A program made the translations under genes and the position numbers. From an uncultured Bacillota bacterium (GTDB lineage Bacteria; Sysuimicrobiota; Sysuimicrobiia; Sysuimicrobiales; Segetimicrobiaceae): DNA of 64,000 nucleotides. The notes beneath the pieces were generated by a model that did not search any database, had not been told where the DNA came from, and was given only the letters and a program-made list of their open reading frames with translations. Below, piece by piece: positions 41,148 to 51,818 of this stretch. The stretch is from assembly GCA_963804645.1 (NCBI GenBank), contig CAWDRG010000009.1, forward strand, positions 192,001-256,000, given 5' to 3'. The stretch's first letter is position 1. Each line of letters begins with the position of its first letter.

Positions 41148-43142
41148 GTGACCACTGACGAGCACGCGTATCCGGTCGAGGTCGCGCGCGACGTCTTAAT
41201 CCCCATGCCGGACGGGGCGCATCTCGCCGCCACGCTCCATCGGCCGGCAGCCGATGGGCGCTGGCCCGCCATCATCACGCTGATGCCGTACCACAAGGAC
41301 GGTCGCGGGGGGCGGGGCTCCACCGAGGCGGTCCATCACCATTTCGCGCACCGCGGCTATGCGGCGCTGACGGTGGACCTGCGAGGCCTCGGAGGCTCCG
41401 AGGGGCTCAACGCGTATCCGTTCGACCCACAGGAACGCCGTGACGGGCACGCGGCGGTCGAGTGGGCCGCCGGACAGCCGTGGTGCACCGGGAACGTCGG
41501 CATGTGGGGCACCTCCTACGGCGGCATCACTGCGCTCAGCGTCGCCTCCACCCGGCCCCCGCACCTCCGTACGATTATCCCGGTGCATGCGTGCTCGGAT
41601 ATCTATGAGGACTTCCTCCGGCCGGGCGGCTGCCGCGGCGGATCATGGTCGGAGGGGGACTGGGGCGCCCGCATGATCGCCTATAATCTGACCCCGCCGC
41701 TGCGTCAGGATCCCGACGGCCGCTGGGCGCGCCAGTGGCTCGAGCGCCTGGAGCACGCGCGGCCCTGGATCCTCAGCTGGCACGAGCACCCGTCGCACGA
41801 CGATTTCTGGCGCACGAGGGCGATCCCGTACGATCAGATCGAGGTGCCAGTGTTCGCCGTCTGCGGCTGGCGCGATCTGTATCCCGACGCCACCGTGACG
41901 TACTATGAGGGGATCAACGCGCCGAAGCGCCTGCTCATGGGACCGTGGAAACACGTGTTCCCCGATCTCTCGCCGGAGGAGCCGGTCGGGTTCCTGCGCG
42001 AGATGGACCGCTGGTGGGATCGGTGGCTCAAGGGCGCGGTCAACGGGATCGGGGACGCGCCGCCGGTCACGTTGTACGTCCAGGGCGCGCGGCGCTGGCG
42101 CGAGACCTCGGCGTGGCCTCCGCCCGGCACGGCGCTGTACACCCTGTACTGCACTCCGGCGCGCACGCTCGAGACCCGACCGCCCGCCGGGGACGCCGAC
42201 CCTCTGGTGTGGCACCACGATCCGACCGTGGGCCTCGCCTCCATCCCGTGGGATCCGTGGGCGGCGCACGTCACCCGGCCGGCGGATCACTCGCCGGACG
42301 ACCACCGGTCGCTCACGTACGACACGAGCCCGCTGGCACGCCCGCTCGAGGTGATCGGCACCCCCACGGCCGCGCTCCATCTCGCCGCAGGGGGCACGGA
42401 CCCTCGCGTCGTGGTTAGGCTCTGCGACGTGGCGCCTGACGGGAGCTCCACGCTCGTGACGACCGGCTGGGCGAGCGGGATCCAGACACGGGATACCCTC
42501 CCCACCAAGATCAGCCTGCGCCCCACCGCGTACGTCTTTCAGGCCGGCCACCGCCTCCGGTTGAGCATCTCCGGGGCCGATTTTCCCCGGCTGTGGCCCG
42601 ATCCCCGCGCGCAGGATCTCGGCGTCTACAGTTCTTCACGATGCCCGTCGCGCGTGGACCTCCCAGTCGCGCCCCACGACCCCGGTGCGGCGCACGTCTT
42701 CGGGCCGCCCGCGTCGGACCTCCACGCCCCGGCGGTGATCGACGGCAGCGAGGAGTGGACGACCCAGCGGACCCTGCAGTCCGCGGTGGCGGCGCTGGAC
42801 GGGGTCAAGGACGAGGCGTTTCGGATCGACGAAGGGGCGCGTCTGCACATCCGCCATCGGTATCGCGCCGCCGTGGAGCAGGACCATCCGCAGACCGCCT
42901 GCGTGACGGCGTCGACCACGGTCCGCGTCGAGCGCCCGGTGGGTGCGGCCACGGTCTCCGTCGAGCTGATCGAGACCACCACCGCGCTGCGCATCGCCGT
43001 AGAGATCACGCTCGAGGGTCAGCCATATTTCGCCCGGCAGTGGGACGTGTCCATCGGTGCCTCCGCATCGGACGACCGCCCGGCCGATGCGGCGAGAGCG
43101 CGCGGCGACCATCCACGCGCGGACGTTCGGCGACCCCGTTAA
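41148..43142 (+). CDS. CocE/NonD family serine hydrolase
   Basis: IPMPDG, PYHK, GTSYGG, GWRD, GPWKH; PepX-like C-terminal domain. Confidence 0.9.
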   Translation: MTTDEHAYPVEVARDVLIPMPDGAHLAATLHRPAADGRWPAIITLMPYHKDGRGGRGSTEAVHHHFAHRGYAALTVDLRGLGGSEGLNAYPFDPQERRDGHAAVEWAAGQPWCTGNVGMWGTSYGGITALSVASTRPPHLRTIIPVHACSDIYEDFLRPGGCRGGSWSEGDWGARMIAYNLTPPLRQDPDGRWARQWLERLEHARPWILSWHEHPSHDDFWRTRAIPYDQIEVPVFAVCGWRDLYPDATVTYYEGINAPKRLLMGPWKHVFPDLSPEEPVGFLREMDRWWDRWLKGAVNGIGDAPPVTLYVQGARRWRETSAWPPPGTALYTLYCTPARTLETRPPAGDADPLVWHHDPTVGLASIPWDPWAAHVTRPADHSPDDHRSLTYDTSPLARPLEVIGTPTAALHLAAGGTDPRVVVRLCDVAPDGSSTLVTTGWASGIQTRDTLPTKISLRPTAYVFQAGHRLRLSISGADFPRLWPDPRAQDLGVYSSSRCPSRVDLPVAPHDPGAAHVFGPPASDLHAPAVIDGSEEWTTQRTLQSAVAALDGVKDEAFRIDEGARLHIRHRYRAAVEQDHPQTACVTASTTVRVERPVGAATVSVELIETTTALRIAVEITLEGQPYFARQWDVSIGASASDDRPADAARARGDHPRADVRRPR

Positions 43143-43227
43143 GCCAATGCGAAGGTTGGGCAAAAACTCGGTCGGACGCCGTGGGCCGGTGGAGGAGCCT
43201 GGGCGAAAATGCCGCACTTCTATAAGT

Positions 43228-44268
43228 ATGGCATTCTCGATTCCGAGTTCGGCGAGCCCCCCCATACGGCGGCAGTCGGCCTATCGGGGAGACGACGCGA
43301 ATCAGCGCGCCGCGGTCATCGACATCGGCAGCAACACCATCCATCTCCTCGTCGCGGACTGCCGCCCCAACGCGATCTGGCCGATCCGCGATCTCCGCGT
43401 GCGCGCCAGGCTCGGGATCGCGGTGGCGGACACGGGCGTGCTCGGCACGATGCGGATTCGGGCGGCGGCGTCGGTGGTCCGCACGTTCGCCGCCGAAGCG
43501 CGCGCGTGGCGGGCCGGCGAGATTATGGTCCTGGGGACCCACGCGGTCCGCGCCGCCGCCGACCGCGGTGCGCTCGCCGACGCGGTTGAGACCGCGACCG
43601 GCCTCCGGGTGCACGTGCTGACGCCCGAGCAGGAGGCCACGCTGTGTCTGGCCGGCGCCTCGCTCGGGCCCCTGCCGGCGGCGCCGTTTCTGAGTGTCGA
43701 TATCGGCGGAGGCAGCTGCGACGTGGCCGCGGTCGGCGCGTCCGGCGTCCGGGGCATTACGTCGGTACCCGTCGGATCCGGGGTCCTGGCGGCTCGGGAT
43801 TTCGACGGCGATCCACCGTCCGCGGCCAAAGTGGACCGTGCCTCCGAGCGGCTCGCCGCCCTGTTCGAGGCGGCGCTGCCCGGCCACGCGGAGTTCCCCG
43901 AAGCGGTGGCGACGGGGGGCGCCGCGAGGCGCGTGGGGCGTCAGTTGACCGATCAGCAGGGCACGGCCGCAGGAGAGGCGTCCCAGTTGCTGAATGTGGT
44001 CGCACGGCTGCTGCACTCTCCTTCGACGCGCTGGCCGCACCCCGTGAAGCCCGCACGGGCCGCGACCGCGCGCGCGGGCGGCGCGATTTTGCGGACGATC
44101 ATGATCCGGTGGCGCATCCCGCAGTGGCGCATCAGCCCGTACGGACTGCGCGAAGGAGCGCTGGCGCTCCGGGCGCGCGGGCAGAGCCTGGACGCGGCGT
44201 CGGCGCCCCCCACGCGCGCGCGGCATCCCCACGTCCTGGAGGGATCGAGTGGGCATCATCGAGCCTGA
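43228..44268 (+). CDS. ppx: Ppx/GppA family phosphatase (short form, divergent)
   Basis: DIGSNT, EQEA, DIGGGS, GLREG; overlaps the ppk start. Confidence 0.85.
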   Translation: MAFSIPSSASPPIRRQSAYRGDDANQRAAVIDIGSNTIHLLVADCRPNAIWPIRDLRVRARLGIAVADTGVLGTMRIRAAASVVRTFAAEARAWRAGEIMVLGTHAVRAAADRGALADAVETATGLRVHVLTPEQEATLCLAGASLGPLPAAPFLSVDIGGGSCDVAAVGASGVRGITSVPVGSGVLAARDFDGDPPSAAKVDRASERLAALFEAALPGHAEFPEAVATGGAARRVGRQLTDQQGTAAGEASQLLNVVARLLHSPSTRWPHPVKPARAATARAGGAILRTIMIRWRIPQWRISPYGLREGALALRARGQSLDAASAPPTRARHPHVLEGSSGHHRA

Positions 44269-46324
44269 GCACCAGGTAGCGACGACCGAGGCACACCGGT
44301 TCTTCAACCGGGAGTTGTCGCAGCTCCAATTCAACGAGCGCGTCCTCGATCAGGCGCGGCCGGGCGCGCACCCGCTGTTGGAGCGGCTCAAGTTCCTGGC
44401 GATCTCCGATTCGAATCTCGACGAATTCCTCTCGATCAACTTCTCGCTCCTGCTGGATCGCGTGGACGTGGGCGATACCACGCTGGCGGAGGACGGGTAC
44501 ACCGCGACCGAAGAGGCGCGCCGCGTCCGGGACGCGCTGCGGCGGTTCATGCACGAGCAGCGGCGGATCTTCCACCAAGAACTCACCCCCGAACTGGATG
44601 CCGCGGGCATTCACGCGCGTGCGTACCGCGCGCTCACGCCCACCCAGCAGGCCACGCTGCGGCAGTGGTTTCTCGATGAGGTGTTTCCGGTCTGCACGCC
44701 GCTCGCGGTGGATCCGGCGCATCCGTTTCCCTTTATCTCCAACTTCAGCCTCAACCTCGGCCTCATGCTGCGGGGTGACGACGGCGACGCATGGTTCGCG
44801 CGGATCAAGGTGCCGACCGTGCTCCCCCGCCTAGTGAAGGTGCCCGAGACCCCCGAGGGGCGGGACGCGTCGTTCGTCTGGCTGGAAGACATCATGGCCA
44901 ACAACCTGGACGCCTTCTATCCCGGCGTGGAGATCCGCGACGCCTTTCTCTTCCGGCTGATCCGCGACGCCGAGATGGACCTGACCGAGATCGAATCGGC
45001 GACCCTGCGCGAGACGGTGCAGGCCGGCATTCGCCGCCGCCGATTCGGCGAAGCGGTGTGCATCCAGCTCGAGCGCGAGATTCCCGACAGCGCGGCCCGA
45101 GAGCTGGCGGCGCGGCTGGACCTGTACCCCGAGGACCTGTACGTCGTCGGCCACCCCCTGGGGCTCACGGATCTCATGCAGCTGATGGAGCTGGACCGGC
45201 CCGATCTGAAGGACCCCGTGCTGGTCCCGCGGCTGCCGGCCGCGGTGACCGCCCCCGCCGATCTCTTTACCGCCATCCGCCGAGAGGACATCTTGCTCTA
45301 TCACCCGTACGAGTCGTTTGCGCCGGTGCTGGACTTCATCGCGCGGGCCTCCGTGGATCCCGACGTCCTGACCATCAAACAGACCCTGTATCGGGTCGGA
45401 CGCGCGTCGCCGCTGGTGCAGTCCCTGCTGCAGGCGGTGGACCACGGCAAGCAAGTCGCGGTGGTCCTCGAGCTGCAGGCGCGCGGGGATGAGGAGAACA
45501 ACATCGATTGGGCTCAGACGTTGGAACGGGCCGGCGCGCACGTCAGCTACGGGGTGATCGGCCTCAAGACCCACGCGAAGATCTCGCTCGTGGTCCGGCG
45601 CGAGGGGCGGCGGCTCCGCCGGTACGTGCACATCGGCACCGGCAACTACAGCGCGAACCCCTACGCGGATCTCAGCCTCTTCACGTGCCATCCGGGCATC
45701 GGCGCCGACGCGACGGCCCTCTTCAACGTGCTCACCGGCCGCGGCCGGAAGGACCGGTACGAACATCTCCTGGTGGCGCCCGCCTCGCTGCGGCGGGGCA
45801 TCCTGAGCCGGATCGGCCGGGAGATCGAGCGGCACCGCGTGCACCACGACGGGCACCTGATCCTCAAGACCAACGCCCTGGTGGATCCCGAGATGATCGA
45901 CGCCCTCTACGAAGCCTCGCGGGCGGGCGTGCGCGTGGACCTGCTCGTGCGGGGCATGTGCAGCCTCCGACCCGGCGTGCCGGGCCTGAGCGAGACGATC
46001 CGCGTCATCAGCCTCGTCGGCCGCTTCTTGGAGCACAGCCGCATCTACTACTTCCACAACGGCGGCGAAGAAGAAGTCTTGGTGGGGAGCGCCGACCTGA
46101 TGGAGCGCAATCTCGACCGGCGCGTGGAGATCCTGACGCCCGTCCTCCACCCAGGACTGAGACACGCGCTGAAGACCCGCATCCTGGATCTGCAGCTGCG
46201 CGACAACATCTCCGTCACCGAGTTGGACGCGGAGGGCGTGTACCGGCCGGTCCGGCGCGGCGACGCGCCCGTCGTCGACGCCCAGCTCGAGTGGGCCACC
46301 AAAGATCTCTCGCTGATGGGGTGA
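44249..46324 (+). CDS. ppk1: Polyphosphate kinase 1 (divergent)
   Basis: FNRELS, NLDEF, HPFP, HPYESF, IKQTLYR, KTHAK, RFLEHSR, SADLMERNLDRRVE. Confidence 0.93.
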   Translation: MGIIEPEHQVATTEAHRFFNRELSQLQFNERVLDQARPGAHPLLERLKFLAISDSNLDEFLSINFSLLLDRVDVGDTTLAEDGYTATEEARRVRDALRRFMHEQRRIFHQELTPELDAAGIHARAYRALTPTQQATLRQWFLDEVFPVCTPLAVDPAHPFPFISNFSLNLGLMLRGDDGDAWFARIKVPTVLPRLVKVPETPEGRDASFVWLEDIMANNLDAFYPGVEIRDAFLFRLIRDAEMDLTEIESATLRETVQAGIRRRRFGEAVCIQLEREIPDSAARELAARLDLYPEDLYVVGHPLGLTDLMQLMELDRPDLKDPVLVPRLPAAVTAPADLFTAIRREDILLYHPYESFAPVLDFIARASVDPDVLTIKQTLYRVGRASPLVQSLLQAVDHGKQVAVVLELQARGDEENNIDWAQTLERAGAHVSYGVIGLKTHAKISLVVRREGRRLRRYVHIGTGNYSANPYADLSLFTCHPGIGADATALFNVLTGRGRKDRYEHLLVAPASLRRGILSRIGREIERHRVHHDGHLILKTNALVDPEMIDALYEASRAGVRVDLLVRGMCSLRPGVPGLSETIRVISLVGRFLEHSRIYYFHNGGEEEVLVGSADLMERNLDRRVEILTPVLHPGLRHALKTRILDLQLRDNISVTELDAEGVYRPVRRGDAPVVDAQLEWATKDLSLMG

Positions 46325-46343
46325 TCCCGGCGGCGCCGGCCGC

Positions 46344-47426
46344 TCAGACGCGCGGCCAGAGGACCAGCGCGTTCGGCACCTGCCGTCCCGGGCCGATCAG
46401 GTAGCGTCCTCCGCACACCAGGCCGGTCGATCCGTTGTCGTCGAGGTTCATCGCGTCCGCCGCGCCGAGCACCTGCATGACCGACGCCGCCTGCGTGATC
46501 GTAGCGCCGCCGATCACGGCCAGCATCACATCGCCGGCGGCCGTCGTCCCCACCACCGATCGCGTGCCGCTCCACGACACGATCTTCGGATCGCGAAACC
46601 CCTCGGCGGCGGCGTGGACGCTGACCTGTCCGTCGCGGACCAGCGTGGGACCGGCGCCGAGGCTGAAGCGGGTGTTGAGCACGCGCCCGTCCTCGATGGC
46701 GGCGTACGCGATGCGCTGCCCCGGACGAAACTTCCACCCCAACACGGCGACCTCCCGGCCCTGCAGCGCGAGGACGAACCCATCGGAGGGAATCGCCACG
46801 TCCGCGTCTGCGACGACATCACTGACGATCCCCCGGCGCGCCACGATCGCGAGGTCGGCCCGAAACCCCAGCGTCGGCCCGCGTTCCGGCGTGAAGACGT
46901 ACGCGCTGCTGCCGCCGGGCGTCGGCGTCTGGTTGAGGTTGTAGGCGTACCAGTCGGACGGATACGCGTCGCTGCCGTCGAGCTCCCCCTGAATCTGCAG
47001 GTGGTCGGGTACGATCCGCACCGTTCCGTCGTCGAGCACGTCGAGGCGCGATCCCAGGCCGCCGAGATGCAGCAGCTTCTTGTCGATCACGAGCGTGCCG
47101 TAGGGTTCGTGCGTCTCCCCCGCATACGCGGCGAAGAACGTGCCGTTGATCGCGCACTGCGCGCCGGCCCCGCGGGCGATCTCCACGAGCGGCGCGTTGT
47201 CGCCGACGCGGCGGCCGGCGAGCGCGACCCCCAGCTGATAGCGGGACAGCGGGACGCGGACGAGCGTCACGGGAAACCGGTCTCCGCCCACCGCGACCAC
47301 GAGCCGCTCCGGCGCCGCGCCGGCGCTGCTCGACGCGATGAGACACGCGGCCAGCACGAACGCGACCAGCCCGCATCCGAGAGTCCACCGCACCCCGGCG
47401 GTGCGCCACCGCGGCTGTCTTCGCAT
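46344..47426 (-). CDS. Secreted phosphodiester glycosidase (NAGPA) family protein
   Basis: Signal peptide; AINGTFF, GAGPTLVRDG, RSVVG, AMNLDDNGS, RQVPNAL. Confidence 0.82.
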   Translation of the reverse strand: MRRQPRWRTAGVRWTLGCGLVAFVLAACLIASSSAGAAPERLVVAVGGDRFPVTLVRVPLSRYQLGVALAGRRVGDNAPLVEIARGAGAQCAINGTFFAAYAGETHEPYGTLVIDKKLLHLGGLGSRLDVLDDGTVRIVPDHLQIQGELDGSDAYPSDWYAYNLNQTPTPGGSSAYVFTPERGPTLGFRADLAIVARRGIVSDVVADADVAIPSDGFVLALQGREVAVLGWKFRPGQRIAYAAIEDGRVLNTRFSLGAGPTLVRDGQVSVHAAAEGFRDPKIVSWSGTRSVVGTTAAGDVMLAVIGGATITQAASVMQVLGAADAMNLDDNGSTGLVCGGRYLIGPGRQVPNALVLWPRV

Positions 47427-47716
47427 CTCTCCCCCTTCCGCGCGCGCGGGCACGCCGCGTGCGGGACCGGTGCCCGACACCCTCTAAGCGACGTCGCGCA
47501 ACCGGCAGTTCCCGGCGCCGCCGGGGCGAGACGAACCGGTCCGACCCGAGCCCCGTGTCGCGGGGGCGCGAGGCGGCATGAAGGACCCGCACCGTCCTCG
47601 CCGAAGGTCGCCTCTGAACACGCCCCATTCCGCCGCGGCGCGGTGCGACGCGGACCAGACGAGGCCTGACGACAACGCCGACACCGCAGCAGATCGCCGA
47701 GGCCGCCCGGGACGCG

Positions 47717-48139
47717 ATGTGGGCGGAGGACAAGGCCAGCCGTGCACTCGGCATGGCCGTCGTCGCCATCGGACCGGGCCGCGCCACGCTCCGGATGACG
47801 GTGCGGGCAGACATGTGCAACGGGCACCACGTCTGCCACGGGGGCATGATCTTCAGCCTCGCCGATTCAGCCTTCGCGTTCGCATGCAACTCCCACAACA
47901 AGATCACGGTCGCGGGCAACTGCGCGGTCACGTTCATCGCGCCGGCCCGCGAGGGCGACCTCCTGATCGCCGAAGCGGAGGAGCGACATCGGGGCGGGCG
48001 GTCCGGCGTCTGCGACGTGACGGTCTCCGACGCGCACGGCAAGCTCATCGCGATCTTCCGCGGCCACTCGATCCAGATCCAGGGAGAGTTGGTGCCGGGT
48101 CTCACCGCCGGCAGCTCCAACCCCGAACCGGGCCGCTAG
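47717..48139 (+). CDS. paaI: PaaI-family hot-dog thioesterase
   Basis: MCNGHHVCHGGMIFSLADSAFAFACNS; start may lie up to about 50 bp upstream. Confidence 0.88.
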   Translation: MWAEDKASRALGMAVVAIGPGRATLRMTVRADMCNGHHVCHGGMIFSLADSAFAFACNSHNKITVAGNCAVTFIAPAREGDLLIAEAEERHRGGRSGVCDVTVSDAHGKLIAIFRGHSIQIQGELVPGLTAGSSNPEPGR

Positions 48140-48190
48140 GGCCCCGGCATATCCGCGCAGCGCATCCTGGAGAGGATGCACGAAGGACAG

Positions 48191-49261
48191 TCAAGAATCG
48201 CCGGCGTCCCGCGGCGGAGCGATGCGCTCGAGGATGAACGCCACGAGCCGGTCGACGTCGGTCCGTCCGCTCACCACGTACACCGAGATCGCCTCAGCGG
48301 CCTTGAGCAGCGCCGCCTGCCTGGCAGCCTGATCCGGCGCCGTGATGTCGTAGACGCCGACGGCCTTCACCACCTGCCCCAACGCCGCGGCGCTTTCGTC
48401 GGGCGACGCCGGCTGCACGCTCCACCCCCGGCCGCTCGGGCTCCATCGAAGCAGGAACAATACGCGCAGGGGGCCGCGCAGACGGACCGTGCCGGCTCCG
48501 TAGATCGCGTCGACGTCGACGTCGTGCTTCCGCTCGAGCGTCCAGAGCTGGTCCGCCGTGAGGGGCGAATAATTCCGCCGCTCGTCCGGAGTCAGCAGGG
48601 CCGTCAGACGGGGGATGTGCAGGAGCGTCCCGGGGTTGACGCGCGGACGCTTCGGCACCCCGACCATCTCCGTGCCGCCGGGGGCCGCCCGGATGAACAA
48701 CCGATCGTTGGTCACCAGGTGCTGGTGGCGGTCCACCAGCATGAGCGCCAGCGTGGACTTCCCGGACCCGGACGACGACGCGAAGGCGATCCCCCCGGTC
48801 TCACCGAGGATGGCGGAGGCGTGCAGCATCACAAAACCGCGCCGCACCATCGCCTTCGCGAATACCATCGCGACCGCGTTGACCGCCTGGTTGAAGTTCG
48901 CGTCCAGGTCGCCCACCACGTAGTGCTCGGGCTCCGCAACGTAGATCACGACGCCGGTCCGCCGCTTCAGGATCACGCGCGCATCGGCCGCATCGTAGAA
49001 CGCCTCCTTGATCCCGGCAGCGCTCGCGCGGCGGGGGATGTCGACGAGGCGCGCCGCATCGTACACCGGCGTGCCCATGAAGAGGGACACGCGGCCCGCC
49101 GGGTCCGGCGGCTCCGCGACGACGTAGGGGGCAAAGTAACTCCGCAGCCGGGTATCGAGGAGGGCCGCATTCGTCTGAACCCGAAGCGCGACGCCCGCGA
49201 TCTCGAGCCCGAACGTGGTCTCAGGTCGAGAGGCTTGGAGAACCGATTCCAGTTCGGTCAT
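48191..49261 (-). CDS. HprK-related kinase B (GAK-type)
   Basis: IKEAFYD, KRRTG, NQAVN, LHAS, SGSGKST, VTNDRLF, GVPKRPRVNPGT, LWTLERKHDV. Confidence 0.85.
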   Translation of the reverse strand: MTELESVLQASRPETTFGLEIAGVALRVQTNAALLDTRLRSYFAPYVVAEPPDPAGRVSLFMGTPVYDAARLVDIPRRASAAGIKEAFYDAADARVILKRRTGVVIYVAEPEHYVVGDLDANFNQAVNAVAMVFAKAMVRRGFVMLHASAILGETGGIAFASSSGSGKSTLALMLVDRHQHLVTNDRLFIRAAPGGTEMVGVPKRPRVNPGTLLHIPRLTALLTPDERRNYSPLTADQLWTLERKHDVDVDAIYGAGTVRLRGPLRVLFLLRWSPSGRGWSVQPASPDESAAALGQVVKAVGVYDITAPDQAARQAALLKAAEAISVYVVSGRTDVDRLVAFILERIAPPRDAGDS

Positions 49262-50151
49262 GAGGGGGCCGTCCCGTCACCACACCGACGACGTGCTCCG
49301 CGTAGAGGCGCGCGGCATCGATGCCTTGAGTGTGCCAGAGTCCGCCGAAGCCGCCAAACGCGCTCACCTCATAGGCCAGGTACCCGTCCGGCCCCTCGAC
49401 AAGGTCGACGCCGGTGAAGGTGAGCCCAAACACGTCCGCGGCCCGCAGGGCCAGCTGCTCGATCTCCGGCGTGACGCGGACACGTCTCATAGTGGCCGCC
49501 CGCCGCGGTCGTGGTCAGCCACGTATCCGGCCGCGCGACGCGGTAGTACGCGCCTAGCACGCGCCCCGCCAGCACCGCCACGCCGATGTCCCACCCGGCG
49601 TGCGGCACGTACTCCTGGACGTAAAACGGCATCTGCCACGCGCGCTGCCACTCGCGGAGCGCCGTCGGGAGCGACGCGTCGGCGGTCAGCACCACCATGC
49701 CTTTCCCCTTCGACGTGAACAGGGGCTTAAGAACCGCGCGGCCCCAGCGCCGCACCGCCCCCGCCGCATCCTCCGCGGTCTCGGCCACGACCGTGCGCGG
49801 GATCGGAATATTCCCCGCGCTCAGCCGCTGCGTCATGCGGTACCGGTCCTGGGCGTCGGCGATCGCCCGGGCGGGGCTGAACACGGACACGCCGCGGATC
49901 TCGAGCTGGCCGAGCAGATGCACCCGGCTCGGCGCCAGCGGATCTGTCGTCGATCCCAGCTTCTTAACGATCACCGCGTCGAGCTGCCCAAGATCGACGC
50001 CGCGGCACCACACGCCGCCGGACGGCAAGTCGATCACGCAGTCGGCGGCGGCGAACACGACGGTCTCGCATCCGCACGTCTCCAGCGCGCCGCGGAGTTG
50101 GTCCGTGGACCGTGCACCCGGGATCCCGCAGACCCCGACGCGCAGGGTCAC
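49221..50151 (-). pseudogene. GAK-type RimK-like ATP-grasp enzyme with a +1 frameshift near 49477 (possibly an assembly error)
   Basis: GIPGARST, IVKKLG, KPLFTSKGKGM, YVQEY, WLTTTAAGGHY, then FTGVDLVE..YEVSAFGGF in another frame; GTGA-coupled to the upstream gene. Confidence 0.85.
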
Positions 50152-51776
50152 GGCTGCGCCGCCTGCCGCAGCAGCCGCACGCCGCGCCGGAGCAGCGCGG
50201 CGGCGTGCACCGCTTCGATGACCACCCGCACCGAGGTGATGCACGACCGAGCGAGGCTGAGGGCGAGCCGCGGCTCAAACGCCGCGTCGGCGCGCTCCGT
50301 GGCGAACTCCCGCGCAAACTCCTCGACCATTTGGTTGACGCGGGCGATGTCGTCGCGAAGCGTCGCCGACAGGTCCGGGCGACGGACCATCGACAGCAGA
50401 AACACGCTGACGTCCTGCAGGTAGTCGCCCAGGCGCGAGCGGTGCACGTCGATGAACTTCACCTGTCCGGTGCGGTCGTTGTACAGCACGTTGTTGGCGT
50501 TAAAGTCGCCGTGCAGCCAGACCGAGCACGGCGGCGCGAGCGACGGCTCCAACGTTTCCGCGTGCGCGAGCAGGTCGTCGAGCCGCACCACGGCGCCGTC
50601 CACGGAGGTGCCGGCTTCCGCCTCGGCCCGCAGCTCCGGGTGCAGCGCGAACACCTCCGGAAGGCGGCGCCGGATCTGCGCCACGTAGTCGACGGCGGGC
50701 GGCGTGGGCACGAGCGTGATCTGCCATACCTGCCGGACCGCGTCCAGCACCCGCTGCGTCGCCGCGAGCTTCGCGTCTCGCGAGGCATCCGAGAGGTACA
50801 GCTCGGAAAGCAGCGTGCTGTCAACGAACTCGCGCAGCAGCGCCTGCCGGTCCTTGACCGTGACCGAGCCGAGGACGCGCGGTGTGAGATCCCCGGGGAT
50901 GCGCTCCCACACCTTGAGCTTCTCGGTCTCCTCTTGAATCTTGCGCCGCGACCCCTCTTTGTACAGCACGGTGCCGTGCCGACCGGCGACGCGCGCCACG
51001 ACGGCGCCGCTGATCCCGTCCCAATACGGGCGAAACTCCAGCCCGCCCCCGGCGGCCTCCGGCATGAGCAGCCCGAGCTGCTGGTACTGCGAAAACTTGA
51101 GCCGCCGGCCGGTCATCAGGAAGATCGCCTGCTCTCCTACGTTGAGCACATAGTCCGCGACTTTCTCGAGGTATTTCATCACCGCGAGGGTGTGGAGGAG
51201 GTACGGCACCTCGGCCGGCGATGCCTGCATCTGCCGGCGCGCCTCGGTGAGGCACGCGACGTAGTGCGTGTCGAACTCCGACTCCCGCAGGCAGGCCCGC
51301 CGGGCCTGCTCCAGATCCCGCCGGACGACCGCGTCGATCACCTCCGAGACCGCCGTCAGCGCACAGGTCTCGAGCGGCTCGAACGTGAAGTTCCCCGGGG
51401 CGATCCCCTCGCGCACGAGCAGCCGCACGCGCTTCGCGATGTGGGTGCCGGCGTCGCCGATCCGCTCGAGATTCAGCGCGATCTTCACGGTGGCCCGCAC
51501 GGTGCGGAGCCCGTCCTCGGACAGGCCCCCGGTCGCGGCAAGCGCGAAGCACCGCTCCTCGAGCTCGAGGTTGAGGTTGTCGACGGCGTCGTCCCGTTCG
51601 ATGATCTCTTCGGCGAGGGTCAGGTCGCGGGTGTGGTAGCAGCGCAGCGCTCGCTCGAGCTGGTCGACGACAAGCCGACCGAGCTTCGTCACTTCACTTT
51701 GCAGCCCGCTGAGCAGCGTGTCGCTGGCCAAGGATGGCGTTCCCGATTCGACGTCCGCCGGGATCGCGCGGCGCAT
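50148..51776 (-). CDS. PhoU-domain plus aminoglycoside-phosphotransferase-like kinase fusion
   Basis: Two PhoU repeats (ERDDAVD...LERIGD; EFD...LEKVADYVLNVGE), then GISG, KEG, WLHGDFNANN, FIDVHRS. Confidence 0.88.
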   Translation of the reverse strand: MRRAIPADVESGTPSLASDTLLSGLQSEVTKLGRLVVDQLERALRCYHTRDLTLAEEIIERDDAVDNLNLELEERCFALAATGGLSEDGLRTVRATVKIALNLERIGDAGTHIAKRVRLLVREGIAPGNFTFEPLETCALTAVSEVIDAVVRRDLEQARRACLRESEFDTHYVACLTEARRQMQASPAEVPYLLHTLAVMKYLEKVADYVLNVGEQAIFLMTGRRLKFSQYQQLGLLMPEAAGGGLEFRPYWDGISGAVVARVAGRHGTVLYKEGSRRKIQEETEKLKVWERIPGDLTPRVLGSVTVKDRQALLREFVDSTLLSELYLSDASRDAKLAATQRVLDAVRQVWQITLVPTPPAVDYVAQIRRRLPEVFALHPELRAEAEAGTSVDGAVVRLDDLLAHAETLEPSLAPPCSVWLHGDFNANNVLYNDRTGQVKFIDVHRSRLGDYLQDVSVFLLSMVRRPDLSATLRDDIARVNQMVEEFAREFATERADAAFEPRLALSLARSCITSVRVVIEAVHAAALLRRGVRLLRQAAQP

Positions 51777-51818
51777 TCCGCGACCCCGGCGGCGGTAGGA
51801 GGATTGGAAAAAGTAGGC

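Noticed and set aside
43138..43165. GTTAAG, GCGAAG, GCAAAA at 11-bp period upstream of ppx
   Set aside because: Only one good unit and opposite orientation relative to the gene compared with the other arrays; suggestive but not supportable
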